Source: a virus
Lineage: Duplodnaviria; Caudoviricetes
Length of the DNA stretch: 64,000 nucleotides
Reading direction: 5' to 3' (one strand)
IMG/VR virus record: IMGVR_UViG_3300031784_000003
The notes beneath the pieces were generated by a model. It saw nothing but the letters and a program-made list of their open reading frames with translations, was not told the DNA's origin and searched no databases. Within the stretch, counting starts at the first letter, position 1. Every line of letters starts with the position of its first letter. The translations under genes were made by a program, and so were the position numbers. This document shows positions 30,885 through 41,333 of the stretch, piece by piece.

Positions 30885-32333
30885 ATGAGTAAGCAAAGAT
30901 TAACGGATAAAACATTGGCGAGTAGTGTAAGTTTAAATGACATTATACACATTGTTAAAACTAGTGATACGACACAAAATCCGTTAGGATCGTCATATAA
31001 GGCTACTGTATTACAATTTGCAAGTGTAATAGGTGGAGGAGGTATTTTTACTGGAGGTACAGTTAGTGGTCCAACTACTTTTGTAAACGGATTAACCGCC
31101 AACACAATATCAACAAATAGTTTAACTGTAAATGGTGTTACTATTACTAACATAGGTAATTTTATAACAGGTGCCACATATAATAACACAACAGGTGTTT
31201 TATCATTATTTAATACTTCAGGAGGAACTATCAATGTATCTGGTTTTACTACAGGTTCTGGAAGTAGTACATTTACAGGTGGTACAGTTACTGGACCGAC
31301 TATTTTCGTAAATGGATTAACTACTACTACAATATCCGCAACTACTGCGACTATTAACACTATATCCGCAACTACTGCGACTATTAACACTATATCCGCA
31401 ACTACTGCAACAATCAATACAATATCTGCAACTACTGCAACAATCAATACAATATCTGCAACTACTGCAACAATCAATACAATATCTGCAACTACTGCGA
31501 CTATTAACACTATATCCGCAACTACTGCAACAATCAATACAATATCTGCAACTACTGCAACAATCAATACAATATCTACAAATACTTTAACAGTAAATGG
31601 TGTTAGTGTTACTAATATAGGTAATTTTATCACTGGTGGTACATATAATAGTGGGACTGGTGTTTTATCACTTTTAAATACTACTGGTGGTACTGTTAAT
31701 ATAACAGGATTTAATACTGGAGGTGGAAGTACATTTACGGGTGGTACAGTTACTGGACCAACTAACTTTACAAATGGATTAACTGCCAACACAATAAGTA
31801 GTCCAACTATTTCTGCAACTTCATTATATATAAATGGTGTATTATTTAGTGGAGATAGTTATACGACAGGATTTACATATACTCCGACAACAAATACGTT
31901 TACGATTAAACGTAACAACAATCAACCTGATTTAACTGCGACAATCAACACAATGTCAGGTTTAACCGTTAACGGTAATATAACATATACTGGGCAATCA
32001 AATAACCCAGTTTATAATGTAGGTAGTGGTACATTATCTGGCTCAACTTACGTTATCACATTAGATTTTAATAATAGTTCCATACAGACTGTAACATTAG
32101 CAGGTAATACTCAATTTGCAACACCTTTAAATTATAAAGATGGTGCAATATATACGGTAATAGTTAAACAAAATGCTACAGGTGGTAATAACGTTAGTTG
32201 GTTTACTCCTACATTTAAATGGGAAAATGGTACGTTTCCAGGAATTACAACAACTGCAAATGGTATTGATTTGATAACATTTATATCTGATGGAACATCA
32301 TTGTATGGTTTATCAGCTAAAAACTTTAGTTAA
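30885..32333 (+). CDS. Tail fibre protein with TISATTATIN tandem repeats
   Basis: Thr-rich shaft; C-terminal tip domain TVTLAGN..VKQNATGG..W..KW.NG..P..TT.NGIDLITF.DG. Confidence 0.75.
   Translation: MSKQRLTDKTLASSVSLNDIIHIVKTSDTTQNPLGSSYKATVLQFASVIGGGGIFTGGTVSGPTTFVNGLTANTISTNSLTVNGVTITNIGNFITGATYNNTTGVLSLFNTSGGTINVSGFTTGSGSSTFTGGTVTGPTIFVNGLTTTTISATTATINTISATTATINTISATTATINTISATTATINTISATTATINTISATTATINTISATTATINTISATTATINTISTNTLTVNGVSVTNIGNFITGGTYNSGTGVLSLLNTTGGTVNITGFNTGGGSTFTGGTVTGPTNFTNGLTANTISSPTISATSLYINGVLFSGDSYTTGFTYTPTTNTFTIKRNNNQPDLTATINTMSGLTVNGNITYTGQSNNPVYNVGSGTLSGSTYVITLDFNNSSIQTVTLAGNTQFATPLNYKDGAIYTVIVKQNATGGNNVSWFTPTFKWENGTFPGITTTANGIDLITFISDGTSLYGLSAKNFS
31338..31577 (+). 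repeat. 8 x 30-bp tandem repeat in two alleles
   Basis: Allele A GCAACTACTGCGACTATTAACACTATATCC, allele B GCAACTACTGCAACAATCAATACAATATCT; order AABBBABB. Confidence 0.92.
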
Positions 32334-32338
32334 TTTTT

Positions 32339-33904
32339 ATGATTACAATACCTTACGTATATAGAAAAGGGGTAACTGGTACTACAACAACTGATGTAGG
32401 TGAGTTACCTGGAAAAATTTGTAACGTTAATCAAGCAATTTGGATGACGGCTAGAAGGGATACATTATCTGGTACTACAACAACACCAATACCACCTTGT
32501 TTACAATGTATAACAACATGGAAAGATCAGTCAGTAAATACTGGTGTTAATAACGCAACGTTATTAAATAGTATTAGGGCAACGACACCAGGAACTAGTG
32601 GTTTTCCGTGGTTTAATGTCGATTATTGGACTGGTGACACAACTACTAATAATAAACCATTTTTAAGTTTTGACTTAAAAAGTGCTAGTAGTGTTAATAG
32701 ACCAAATTTTTTAGCAATTCCATACGATGCTTCGTTTTCTAAATTAACAAAACTTACTTTCTCAACACTTTTTAGATGTAGAAGAATAAACCCTAATATT
32801 GTTACACAACCAGATGATGGTATTGGTGCCAATGTTGTTTTGTTCCAAAATGGAAACTCCACAACTGGTGCTAGAACAGATGGTTGGGGAATTGATATGG
32901 GAGGTTCTAATGAATTGAGAGTTTGGTATTATGATAGTACCTCAACTGCGTCAGTTTGTGATTCCGCAGTTGCTAATTCAGTGATAGTACCAATAGTGGA
33001 CTGGACTGATTGGATGAGGTTAACTGTTAGAATTAGTGGGGGGACAATGCAAGCAAATATTTATAATTTAGAAAATTATCAAAGTAGTGGTAATACTTGG
33101 ATAAATGGTTGTAACAATAGTACAAACCCAGCTAGAGGTATAAAATATGGTAATATTTGGCCAAATAACCCAGATTGGTTCATTGCATCACAAAAAGGAC
33201 CTGGTTATCCAACGGCAGTTGGTGATCAAACAATTCTTAATGGTTCTTGGGATATGTTAGAATATGTATTATATGATGGTTGGTTATCTGACTCATGTGT
33301 TCAAACAATTTGGGATTATTACACGACACAATATAATTTTGCGAAAACAACTGGTAGTGCTAGTACATATACAGAAATAGGGACTACAGGAGCAACAGGT
33401 ACAACTACAACTGCACCACTTGATTTAAGTTACGACTATTATTGGAGTGGAATGATACTACCTCAGTCAACAATAAAAAAGGTTGGTGTTATAACAGAAT
33501 TACAATATTATATTGATAACTCACCTACTAATAATGTTTTAAATAATGTTAAAATATATTTAGGACACACCACTACTAGTGCATTTTCAACGGCAACTCC
33601 ATCCGAAAATTTAAGTGCATTAACAACTAATTGGACATTGGTTTATGATGGGACAGTAACATTTAATACATCACCAGGTTGGTCATCGATATCTTTACAA
33701 AATGGTTTTTACTATAATAATACTAAAAATTTATTAATTAAGTTTGAAAGTAGGGATGGGTCTCAAAGTTCGACAGGACAACCATCATTTAAATTTTCTG
33801 GGGCAACTAATACAATGGCATATAGTGGTCAAAGTGGATCTTACCCAACAGGTAACGGTGTTAGAAGTAGTAATAGACCTATCATAAAATTAGGTTTCTT
33901 ATAA
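32339..33904 (+). CDS. LamG-like virion/adhesin protein
   Basis: WMTA..TWKDQS start, LamG-like core (WMRLTV, GSWDMLEYVLYDGWLS); C-terminal domain resembling Bacteroidota secreted proteins. Confidence 0.55.
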   Translation: MITIPYVYRKGVTGTTTTDVGELPGKICNVNQAIWMTARRDTLSGTTTTPIPPCLQCITTWKDQSVNTGVNNATLLNSIRATTPGTSGFPWFNVDYWTGDTTTNNKPFLSFDLKSASSVNRPNFLAIPYDASFSKLTKLTFSTLFRCRRINPNIVTQPDDGIGANVVLFQNGNSTTGARTDGWGIDMGGSNELRVWYYDSTSTASVCDSAVANSVIVPIVDWTDWMRLTVRISGGTMQANIYNLENYQSSGNTWINGCNNSTNPARGIKYGNIWPNNPDWFIASQKGPGYPTAVGDQTILNGSWDMLEYVLYDGWLSDSCVQTIWDYYTTQYNFAKTTGSASTYTEIGTTGATGTTTTAPLDLSYDYYWSGMILPQSTIKKVGVITELQYYIDNSPTNNVLNNVKIYLGHTTTSAFSTATPSENLSALTTNWTLVYDGTVTFNTSPGWSSISLQNGFYYNNTKNLLIKFESRDGSQSSTGQPSFKFSGATNTMAYSGQSGSYPTGNGVRSSNRPIIKLGFL

Positions 33905-33913
33905 TCATTTACA

Positions 33914-33945
33914 TTTGTTTTAACAGAAAAAAATTACTATATTTG
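33914..33945 (+). promoter_or_regulatory. Bacteroidota housekeeping-type promoter for DNA polymerase
   Basis: TTTG (33914-17), 20 nt spacer, TATATTTG (33938-45). Confidence 0.75.
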
Positions 33946-33971
33946 TTTTAAATTTAATTTAAAGGAAAATT

Positions 33972-36797
33972 ATGCCCGCATCTGTAGATGATATTAAAGA
34001 ATATTTAGAAGGTTACGATGAACAAAAATATATTGTTGGTGTCGAATCTTCTTACTATGAGAATAAAGTATATCTTATTATACACGATCCTGAAACAGGT
34101 AAACGTATAGAAAAACACAAATTCACACCATTTTTATGGATGAAGAGTTTAGATTTAACTAAACTGTATGGTGGTGATAGAAAAGAAATCAAAACTAAAA
34201 TTAAAGAATATAAAATTAAATTTATCCCTTTATCAATAGAAGATGAAAGTGGTGAATCAGTTTCTCGTTTAGAAAATGGATATAAATTTTTAGTAAGATC
34301 AAAAGGTTCTTACGGAGATTTATTAAATTTCTTTAAGAAAGGTAAAATGGATGTGTATGCAGATGAAAATAGAGATAATTTTCTAACTGTAAGTCCTACC
34401 GAACAATTTCTTATCCAAACAGGTAAAAGATTATTTAAAGGTATGGATGAATATAATGATGTTCATAGACTTTCTTTTGACTTAGAGACAACTGGTTTAG
34501 ACCCTAAACATAGTAGAATATTTCAAATAGGGGTTAAAGATAATAGAGAATTCCAACATGTTCTATCTATCGATGGGGATGACGAAGAAACATTACTTAG
34601 AAGAGAGGCAGAGGCGATAACAACATTCTTTAAAATAATTCATTATTTAAAACCAGCAATTATTGCAGGTTACAATTCAGAAAACTTTGACTGGTATTTT
34701 ATTGCGGAAAGATGTAAAATATTAGGTTTAGATATTAGTAAGATTGCCAAAACATTAGGTAATGTTCCATTTTATAGAAAAACCCAAACACTTAAAATGG
34801 GTCCTGAGATGGAAAATTACGAACAAACTCACATGTGGGGTTATAATATAATGGATGTATATCACGCAGTTAGAAGAGCACAAGCAATTAATTCTTCTAT
34901 AAAAGAGGCAGGACTTAAATATATCACAAAATATTCTAAGGCAGCAAAACCTAATCGGGTTTATATACCTGGGGATAAAATAGGTAAGGTATACGCAGAT
35001 AAAGAAAATGAATATTGGTTAGATGATAATAATGGTAGTTGGGGTAAAGTTATAGATGACGAACAACCAGAAAACACTTTAAAAGTTAAAGGGTGTGATA
35101 TTGTAGAAAGATATTTAATTGATGACTTATGGGAAACAGAAAAGGTTGACAATATCTTTAATCAAGCAACTTTTTTATTATCTAAAGTTTTACCTACATC
35201 ATTTATGAGGGCTTCTACTATGGGTACTGCAGCAACATGGAAATTACTTATGTTAGGTTGGTATTACAGAAGTGGTATTGCTATCCCACATACTATGCAA
35301 TCAAAAGGTTTTATAGGTGGTTTATCTAGATTATTAGAAGTAGGTTTTAGTGAGAATGTTGTAAAGTTTGACTTCGCATCACTTTACCCATCCATTCAGT
35401 TAACCCATAATGTATTTACGGATTGTGATGTTATGGGTGCGATGAGAGGGTTGTTACAATATAACTATGATTACCGTAACCTATATAAAGAACTGAAGAA
35501 TAAATACGCATCAGAAGGTGATGAAGAAAAATCTGCATATTATGATAAGAAACAATTACCTTTAAAAATTCTTAACAATGGTATGTTTGGATCTATTTCT
35601 GCACCTAATGTATATCCTTGGGGTGATTCAGATATGGGTGAGAAGATTACATGTACTGGTAGACAATATCTAAGACATATGATTAGATTTTTCTCACATA
35701 AGGGTTTTAAACCATTAGTGGGGGATACCGATGGATTCAACTTCTCCGTCCCTAAAGATGTAGATAGATTCGTATATACATCAAATGGTAATCACCATTT
35801 CAATAAAATAGGTAAAACATATAAAGGTATGGCTGCAGTAGTTGCAGAATACAACGATAAATATATGAAGGGTGTTATGGGGTTAGATGTAGATGAGATA
35901 TGTGAGTCAACTATAAACTTAGCCAGAAAAAATTACGCAGATTTAATAGATGGAAAGGTTAAATTAGTAGGTAATTCTATAAAATCTAAAAAAATGCCTG
36001 TATATATTTCAGAATTTATAGATAAGGGTATTAGGTTACTTTTAGATGGGGATGGGTTAGGATTTGTAAATGAATATTATGAAACAATAGAAATGATTTA
36101 TAATCAAGAAATACCATTATCTAAAATTGCAAATAAGGCTAGAGTAAGAATAAGTTTAGATGCGTATAAAAAGAAAATGAAAACTACTAATAAATCTGGT
36201 GGTTCATTGGCTAGACAAGCTCATATGGAACTTATAATGAAAGAAAATTTAAATGTGAATTTAGGTGATACAATATATTATGTTAATGTAGGTACAAAAA
36301 AATCACACGGAGACGTTCAAACTAAAGCTCATAGTAAATTTACTAAAAAGGAAACTGAATTATATTATATTAATAATGGTAAAATGCCAGATCCTACTAA
36401 GATAGATATTATTGTAAATTGTAATTATATTCCAAATGAATTAATAGAAAACGATCCTAACGCAACTGGTGAATATAATATAGAAAGATATTTAGACGCA
36501 TTTAATAAAAGGGTTAAACCATTATTAGTGTGTTTCGATCCATCAGTAAGAGATGAGATATTAATTACATCACCATTAGAAAGAAAATATTTTACTTCAC
36601 AAGAATTGACATTAACTTCTGGCAAACCTTTCAATGAAAGTGATCAAGATAAGTTAGAAGATTTATTAACTATTACCGATGAAGAACTAGAATTTTGGAA
36701 TAGGATAGGTGTATCCCCAACTTATATGTTTGAAGATTACGGTATTGAGGATGAATTCTCATATGACATAAAAACCCAAAGGTCTATAAGTCAATGA
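33972..36797 (+). CDS. Family B DNA polymerase
   Basis: Exo motifs FDLET, GYNSENFD, Y..DD; polymerase motifs FDFASLYPS, KILNNGMFG, GDTDG. Confidence 0.97.
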   Translation: MPASVDDIKEYLEGYDEQKYIVGVESSYYENKVYLIIHDPETGKRIEKHKFTPFLWMKSLDLTKLYGGDRKEIKTKIKEYKIKFIPLSIEDESGESVSRLENGYKFLVRSKGSYGDLLNFFKKGKMDVYADENRDNFLTVSPTEQFLIQTGKRLFKGMDEYNDVHRLSFDLETTGLDPKHSRIFQIGVKDNREFQHVLSIDGDDEETLLRREAEAITTFFKIIHYLKPAIIAGYNSENFDWYFIAERCKILGLDISKIAKTLGNVPFYRKTQTLKMGPEMENYEQTHMWGYNIMDVYHAVRRAQAINSSIKEAGLKYITKYSKAAKPNRVYIPGDKIGKVYADKENEYWLDDNNGSWGKVIDDEQPENTLKVKGCDIVERYLIDDLWETEKVDNIFNQATFLLSKVLPTSFMRASTMGTAATWKLLMLGWYYRSGIAIPHTMQSKGFIGGLSRLLEVGFSENVVKFDFASLYPSIQLTHNVFTDCDVMGAMRGLLQYNYDYRNLYKELKNKYASEGDEEKSAYYDKKQLPLKILNNGMFGSISAPNVYPWGDSDMGEKITCTGRQYLRHMIRFFSHKGFKPLVGDTDGFNFSVPKDVDRFVYTSNGNHHFNKIGKTYKGMAAVVAEYNDKYMKGVMGLDVDEICESTINLARKNYADLIDGKVKLVGNSIKSKKMPVYISEFIDKGIRLLLDGDGLGFVNEYYETIEMIYNQEIPLSKIANKARVRISLDAYKKKMKTTNKSGGSLARQAHMELIMKENLNVNLGDTIYYVNVGTKKSHGDVQTKAHSKFTKKETELYYINNGKMPDPTKIDIIVNCNYIPNELIENDPNATGEYNIERYLDAFNKRVKPLLVCFDPSVRDEILITSPLERKYFTSQELTLTSGKPFNESDQDKLEDLLTITDEELEFWNRIGVSPTYMFEDYGIEDEFSYDIKTQRSISQ

Positions 36798-37901
36798 TTT
36801 ATTTAAATTTTCTGCCTCTAACGCTTTATTTTCTAGTTGTTTAACATTAGAAAGGTTAGTTAAACGCGCATCTAATTGTTCTAATAATTTTAACTGTTCT
36901 TCTTTACCTTCATTAAGTAAACTATCAAAATCCATAGTTAATTCAGCTTCAGGAACTTTTAATGCCCCACTAAATTTTCCCCTAACTCTACCTAAAGACT
37001 CTTTAAATAATGCGGTTAGATATCTTCTAACCCATATTCTTGTTGGTTCATTTAAATCTGAATATCTTAATTTAGATAAAGGTACATCATTAGGTAATTT
37101 TATAATATCAGGATTTTCTTCCAAACATTTATCTCTTTCATTATTAGAATCATAATAATGATACCATACTTTAGTACCTGCCAAACCTAATTGTCCGCCA
37201 ACTAAACCTGTTGATGCAAAAGATAATCTACTTCCTGGTATTGGCATAAGGTGTAATAATCTAGTCCCATTTGGTCCTGCAGTAACTTTATACGATAATT
37301 CACTTCTAAGTAATTTAGATTTAAGTTTAAAATCACTTGCTCTAAGTAAAACATCATATGCTGGTGCAACATAAAAACCACCATTACCTAATCCACCACC
37401 TTGACCCCAACCAGCGTAAGGTACTTGCCCAAATCCACCACCGAATCCATAATCACCAAATCCCGCAAACGAATATAGTGCGTGATCAATAGAACTTGGT
37501 GTTAACCAAAGTATTTCATTTAGTTCTCTACCCGCAGGAATTTGGTATACTTGTTGATTTTTTACTATTGTTACATAATCTTTTTTAAGTTCCCAAGGAC
37601 CTCTTTGTTGTAAACCAACTTGTTTAGAATACGCATAAGAAAAATTACTTTCGAAATCTAATGATCTTGTAGTTAATGCAAATGCGATATCTGTTTTATC
37701 AACTTCTTTACCTAATAAAGAAGACCATTGATTTTCAATTAACCAATCCTGAACTCTTTGTGCATAATCTTCTATTGCAGTCTCCAATAAAGAATTCATT
37801 TGATCCCAATCCAACTCTATTTTACGAATAGGTGCACCTAATCTATGTTTAATTTGAGTGAATAATTCATTTTTTAAGTTATCATTAAGAGAATTTGGCA
37901 T
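36759..37901 (-). CDS. Neck/head-tail connector protein (T4 gp13-like)
   Basis: RLGAPIRKIEL at N-terminus, K..LGRVRGKF.GALKVP; probable ATG start 37901. Confidence 0.7.
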   Translation of the reverse strand: MPNSLNDNLKNELFTQIKHRLGAPIRKIELDWDQMNSLLETAIEDYAQRVQDWLIENQWSSLLGKEVDKTDIAFALTTRSLDFESNFSYAYSKQVGLQQRGPWELKKDYVTIVKNQQVYQIPAGRELNEILWLTPSSIDHALYSFAGFGDYGFGGGFGQVPYAGWGQGGGLGNGGFYVAPAYDVLLRASDFKLKSKLLRSELSYKVTAGPNGTRLLHLMPIPGSRLSFASTGLVGGQLGLAGTKVWYHYYDSNNERDKCLEENPDIIKLPNDVPLSKLRYSDLNEPTRIWVRRYLTALFKESLGRVRGKFSGALKVPEAELTMDFDSLLNEGKEEQLKLLEQLDARLTNLSNVKQLENKALEAENLNKSLTYRPLGFYVI

Positions 37902-37959
37902 AATCAATATATTTATATTATAAATATCTGATATTTATTAAATGTAAAACAAAAAAATT

Positions 37960-38331
37960 ATGAAAGAAGAATTAGTTATAAAATTTGTAGGGATGCAACA
38001 ACAATTTAGAATGTTACATTGGCAAACTAAATCATATGCAAAACATAATGCTTATGGCGGAATATATGAATCATTAGATGGTTTAATAGATGAATTTATA
38101 GAAACTTATATGGGTAAGTATGGTAGAGTTACTTTTGAAAATGGTGAAGGTACTATCACATTAAAAAATACTGAATCGTTAGATTTAAATTCATTTATTA
38201 AGGAAAACATTTCTTGGTTAAAAGGTTTAACACAAAAACTAAATCCTGAAAACGATAGTGACTTATTAAACATTAGAGATGAAGTAATGGGTTCACTAAA
38301 TAAACTTAGATATCTATTAACATTAAAATAA
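37960..38331 (+). CDS. Ferritin/Dps-like protein (DUF5856-like)
   Basis: LHWQTKSYAKH...Y..LD..ID.FIE matches mini-ferritin H..H/D..E pattern; LLNIRDE...YLL. Confidence 0.7.
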   Translation: MKEELVIKFVGMQQQFRMLHWQTKSYAKHNAYGGIYESLDGLIDEFIETYMGKYGRVTFENGEGTITLKNTESLDLNSFIKENISWLKGLTQKLNPENDSDLLNIRDEVMGSLNKLRYLLTLK

Positions 38332-38708
38332 TGAAATTTAATGATCTACTAAAAGAAACCTTTGCTAATAAATTAGGTGACCCACTTAACGGTAGAGAAA
38401 ATGCTTGTTTTTCTTCTTTATATAAGGCACAACAGTTGTTAGTCGATGCACTTAGATTAATCGAAAACGCTTATCAAGAATGTGACGATGAAGAAAAAAG
38501 AGAGGAGATAATCGAATTCAAAAAAGATTTAATGCACGATTTTGGTCATAATGGAACAAACGGATTTGGTCACGATGAAGAAGATGGGGGAGAAAATGAA
38601 AATAACCTTATCAATAGAATTGCAAATTTTATCGATAAACATTCTCCAGAACACTGGGATTCTAATATTCATTTAGGCTCTAACCCAAACTATAAAAATA
38701 GAAATTAA
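38331..38708 (+). CDS. Hypothetical acidic protein with MK..LLKE leader
   Basis: ORF track; TAATG coupling to upstream gene. Confidence 0.6.
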   Translation: MKFNDLLKETFANKLGDPLNGRENACFSSLYKAQQLLVDALRLIENAYQECDDEEKREEIIEFKKDLMHDFGHNGTNGFGHDEEDGGENENNLINRIANFIDKHSPEHWDSNIHLGSNPNYKNRN

Positions 38709-38974
38709 TCTTTTAATAAATGGTTTTTTACTAAAGAAACCGCCTCATCTATTGTCGTAAAAGATTTTTCTGGTACAAATGCAGTCCTATCAATTAAAAT
38801 TGCGGGTAAAAATTCATTATCTACTTTTTTAGAAAATGCGTCATATAATTTTTCATTTTCATCAATATCTAATTCTATAAAATTAATTTTGTTTTCTTTC
38901 AATTTATTCTTTAAATTTTCACAATGAGGACATCCTTTCATTGAAAATACTTTAACCTCTTTTTTAGTTTCCAT
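38705..38974 (-). CDS. Glutaredoxin/NrdH-like
   Basis: VFSMKGCPHC, FLPAILI. Confidence 0.88.
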   Translation of the reverse strand: METKKEVKVFSMKGCPHCENLKNKLKENKINFIELDIDENEKLYDAFSKKVDNEFLPAILIDRTAFVPEKSFTTIDEAVSLVKNHLLKD

Positions 38975-40775
38975 TTTCTATCTTATTTAAAAATTCACTT
39001 ATTATATCATCTTCACCCATTATAGTTCCAATAACTTTCTTTTTATCATTCAATATATTCCATATTATAGTATCTATGGTTTCATCAATTAACATATAAT
39101 AAATATTAACAGTTTCTTTTTGTCCTATTCTATATGCCCTATCTTCTGCCTGTTCGTGATTTCCAGGTACCCAATCTAAAGAGTTCATTATTACAATCTC
39201 CGCCTTAGTTAAAGTTAAACCAACACCTGCAGCCTTTATTTGTCCAATAAAAACCATACAACTATCATCTTCTTGAAATCTATCAACAGAATGTTGTTTT
39301 TGTTTATCTGTCATACCACCTCTAACACAAACCGCTTTATTCCCAAAATGTTTTACAAATTCATCCATTTCGTCATTAAAGTTACAAAATATAATTACTT
39401 TTTTATTTAACTCTAACGCCTCTTCAGTTTTTTCAATAGTGTATGGTACAGTCTCCATTGCAATAAAAGTTCTTAATAAAGTAGTCTCAACTAAATCTTT
39501 TGCAGGATTTCCTTTCTTACCATCTAATTTACGTTTATTCAGATATTCATCCCATACATTTTGATACCCACCAACATTCTGTAATTCTAAATAAACAGGT
39601 GTTATCAATTTTTCAGGTAGATCTAAAACATCCTCTTTTTTTCTTCTAAGAATTGTTCTTCTTGTTTTTGACGATAACTCATCTAAATTAGATGCCCCTT
39701 TAGTGACCCATACAAATTTACCACCTTTTTTAAATCTCATACCATCACAATATGTTTTAGCGTAATGAACCCAATTATTCGCAACTGGTGAATCAATAAT
39801 AGATAGTAGATTATAATAATCCATAGGTCTATTCGCAATAGGTGTACCTGTTAACAACCAAACTCTAGAGTTATTAAAAGTTTTAGATATATCTTTTATA
39901 ATTTTACCTCTAATACTTTTATGGTTTTTTATGTAATGGGCTTCATCTAATATGATTAAATCAGGATTAAATTCTAACAATTCTCTACGTAATTCCCAAT
40001 CTTCATATTCCTTACCTCTTTCTTTTACAGTGTGAAAATTTTTTAAGATATCATAATTTATTATTGTAAATCTAGAAGGATCCCAATAAGTTCCATTTAT
40101 TATGGAAACATCGTTACAAAAATTTTCAACCTCTCTTTTCCAATTTATTTTAAGTGATGATGGGCAAATTATTAATACTCTTTCAGAATTACTCTCTAAT
40201 GCGGCTACTATTGATTGGTAAGTTTTACCTAATCCCATATCATCTGCTAAAATACATTTCTTATTATTTATAAGAAATTTTATTCCATCTTCTTGATGTT
40301 TAAACGCCTTCCATCCCCTCTTATCCAAATCCATATATTTATCAAAGTCAATATCTATATTTAACTCTTCATAATGTATATCATCCAAAAGTTGTGTTTT
40401 AGGTATCCACAATAATTTAAAATCATCTTGTTTTTTATGTAGTTTACATAAAACATGAATCGCCTTTTCCGATTCCGCCAATAATGTATCTATAAAAATT
40501 TTTTTTGGTAAAATTTTTAATTTATGTTCTTCTTGTAATTGTTCAGAAAAATAATCTGTTAATTCAATTACTTTATTAATAACTTTGGGTTCAAAATAAA
40601 AATAAGTTTTAATATAATTAGACTGACTATTAGTTAAAAAATAATTCTTTTCCGTCACCATTTTTTTCTTCATGTAACGGATATAAGGGTTTTTACCCTC
40701 ATAAGAAGACAATAAAATATCTACATCTAAATTGTTTATATCTTTAATATCTAACATATTTTCAATTATAGACAA
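38964..40775 (-). CDS. SNF2/SMARCAL1(HARP)-like helicase
   Basis: LADDMGLGKT, LDEAH, LTGTP, RRKK, QAEDRAYRIGQ; alternative ATG start at 40757. Confidence 0.93.
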   Translation of the reverse strand: MSIIENMLDIKDINNLDVDILLSSYEGKNPYIRYMKKKMVTEKNYFLTNSQSNYIKTYFYFEPKVINKVIELTDYFSEQLQEEHKLKILPKKIFIDTLLAESEKAIHVLCKLHKKQDDFKLLWIPKTQLLDDIHYEELNIDIDFDKYMDLDKRGWKAFKHQEDGIKFLINNKKCILADDMGLGKTYQSIVAALESNSERVLIICPSSLKINWKREVENFCNDVSIINGTYWDPSRFTIINYDILKNFHTVKERGKEYEDWELRRELLEFNPDLIILDEAHYIKNHKSIRGKIIKDISKTFNNSRVWLLTGTPIANRPMDYYNLLSIIDSPVANNWVHYAKTYCDGMRFKKGGKFVWVTKGASNLDELSSKTRRTILRRKKEDVLDLPEKLITPVYLELQNVGGYQNVWDEYLNKRKLDGKKGNPAKDLVETTLLRTFIAMETVPYTIEKTEEALELNKKVIIFCNFNDEMDEFVKHFGNKAVCVRGGMTDKQKQHSVDRFQEDDSCMVFIGQIKAAGVGLTLTKAEIVIMNSLDWVPGNHEQAEDRAYRIGQKETVNIYYMLIDETIDTIIWNILNDKKKVIGTIMGEDDIISEFLNKIENGN

Positions 40776-40819
40776 TTTTTTCTTAAAAATAAATATTTAT
40801 CTATAAATAGATTTAAGAA

Positions 40820-41332
40820 ATGCGTAAAGTACCGATAGAAAGATTGAACAAATTTTTTTCACAAGACGATTTTGAACTAGAGATTGATTTTGGAAGAGAG
40901 TGGTTAGAAGGGGACATTAACATAAAAGTAATTTTATATCGTGTTGATAGAACTGAAACTACCAATGACGATATATATGGTGAAGCGGGTAAAAATGAAA
41001 TAAGATTTAAACCACCAATAGAGTTATCAGTTAGTTTTAATTACGCACAACCAACTAATAAAAGTTATAATAGTGACGGATCTTTAAGAATATTAGAGAG
41101 AGGTAATGTAACATTAGGGATTTATCAAGATCAATTAGATGAATTAGGGGTTGACGTGAGTTATGGTGATTATATTGCCTATCCTGAAACTGAAACAAAA
41201 ATTAAATATTTTACTGTTGCAAATGATGGTAAAATGTTTTCAGATAATGCTCATACGATAGGTGGTTATAAAGGATTTTATAGAACAATAATATGTGTAC
41301 CAACTGACTTAGACGAATTTAACGGAATGTAA
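40820..41332 (+). CDS. Neck protein (gp14-like head closure), putative
   Basis: VILYRVD..DIYGE..RF.PPIEL; position upstream of tail-terminator-like gene. Confidence 0.55.
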   Translation: MRKVPIERLNKFFSQDDFELEIDFGREWLEGDINIKVILYRVDRTETTNDDIYGEAGKNEIRFKPPIELSVSFNYAQPTNKSYNSDGSLRILERGNVTLGIYQDQLDELGVDVSYGDYIAYPETETKIKYFTVANDGKMFSDNAHTIGGYKGFYRTIICVPTDLDEFNGM

Positions 41333-41333
41333 A

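Noticed and set aside
30836-31792. 318-aa minus-strand ORF with VVADIVLIVA repeats
   Set aside because: Antisense shadow of the 30-bp repeat in the fibre gene; stop-free only because of the repeat.
33972-36797. Intein or intron in DNA polymerase
   Set aside because: Motifs are at normal spacing, and no intein C-terminal HN-C/S/T junction or homing endonuclease motif was seen.
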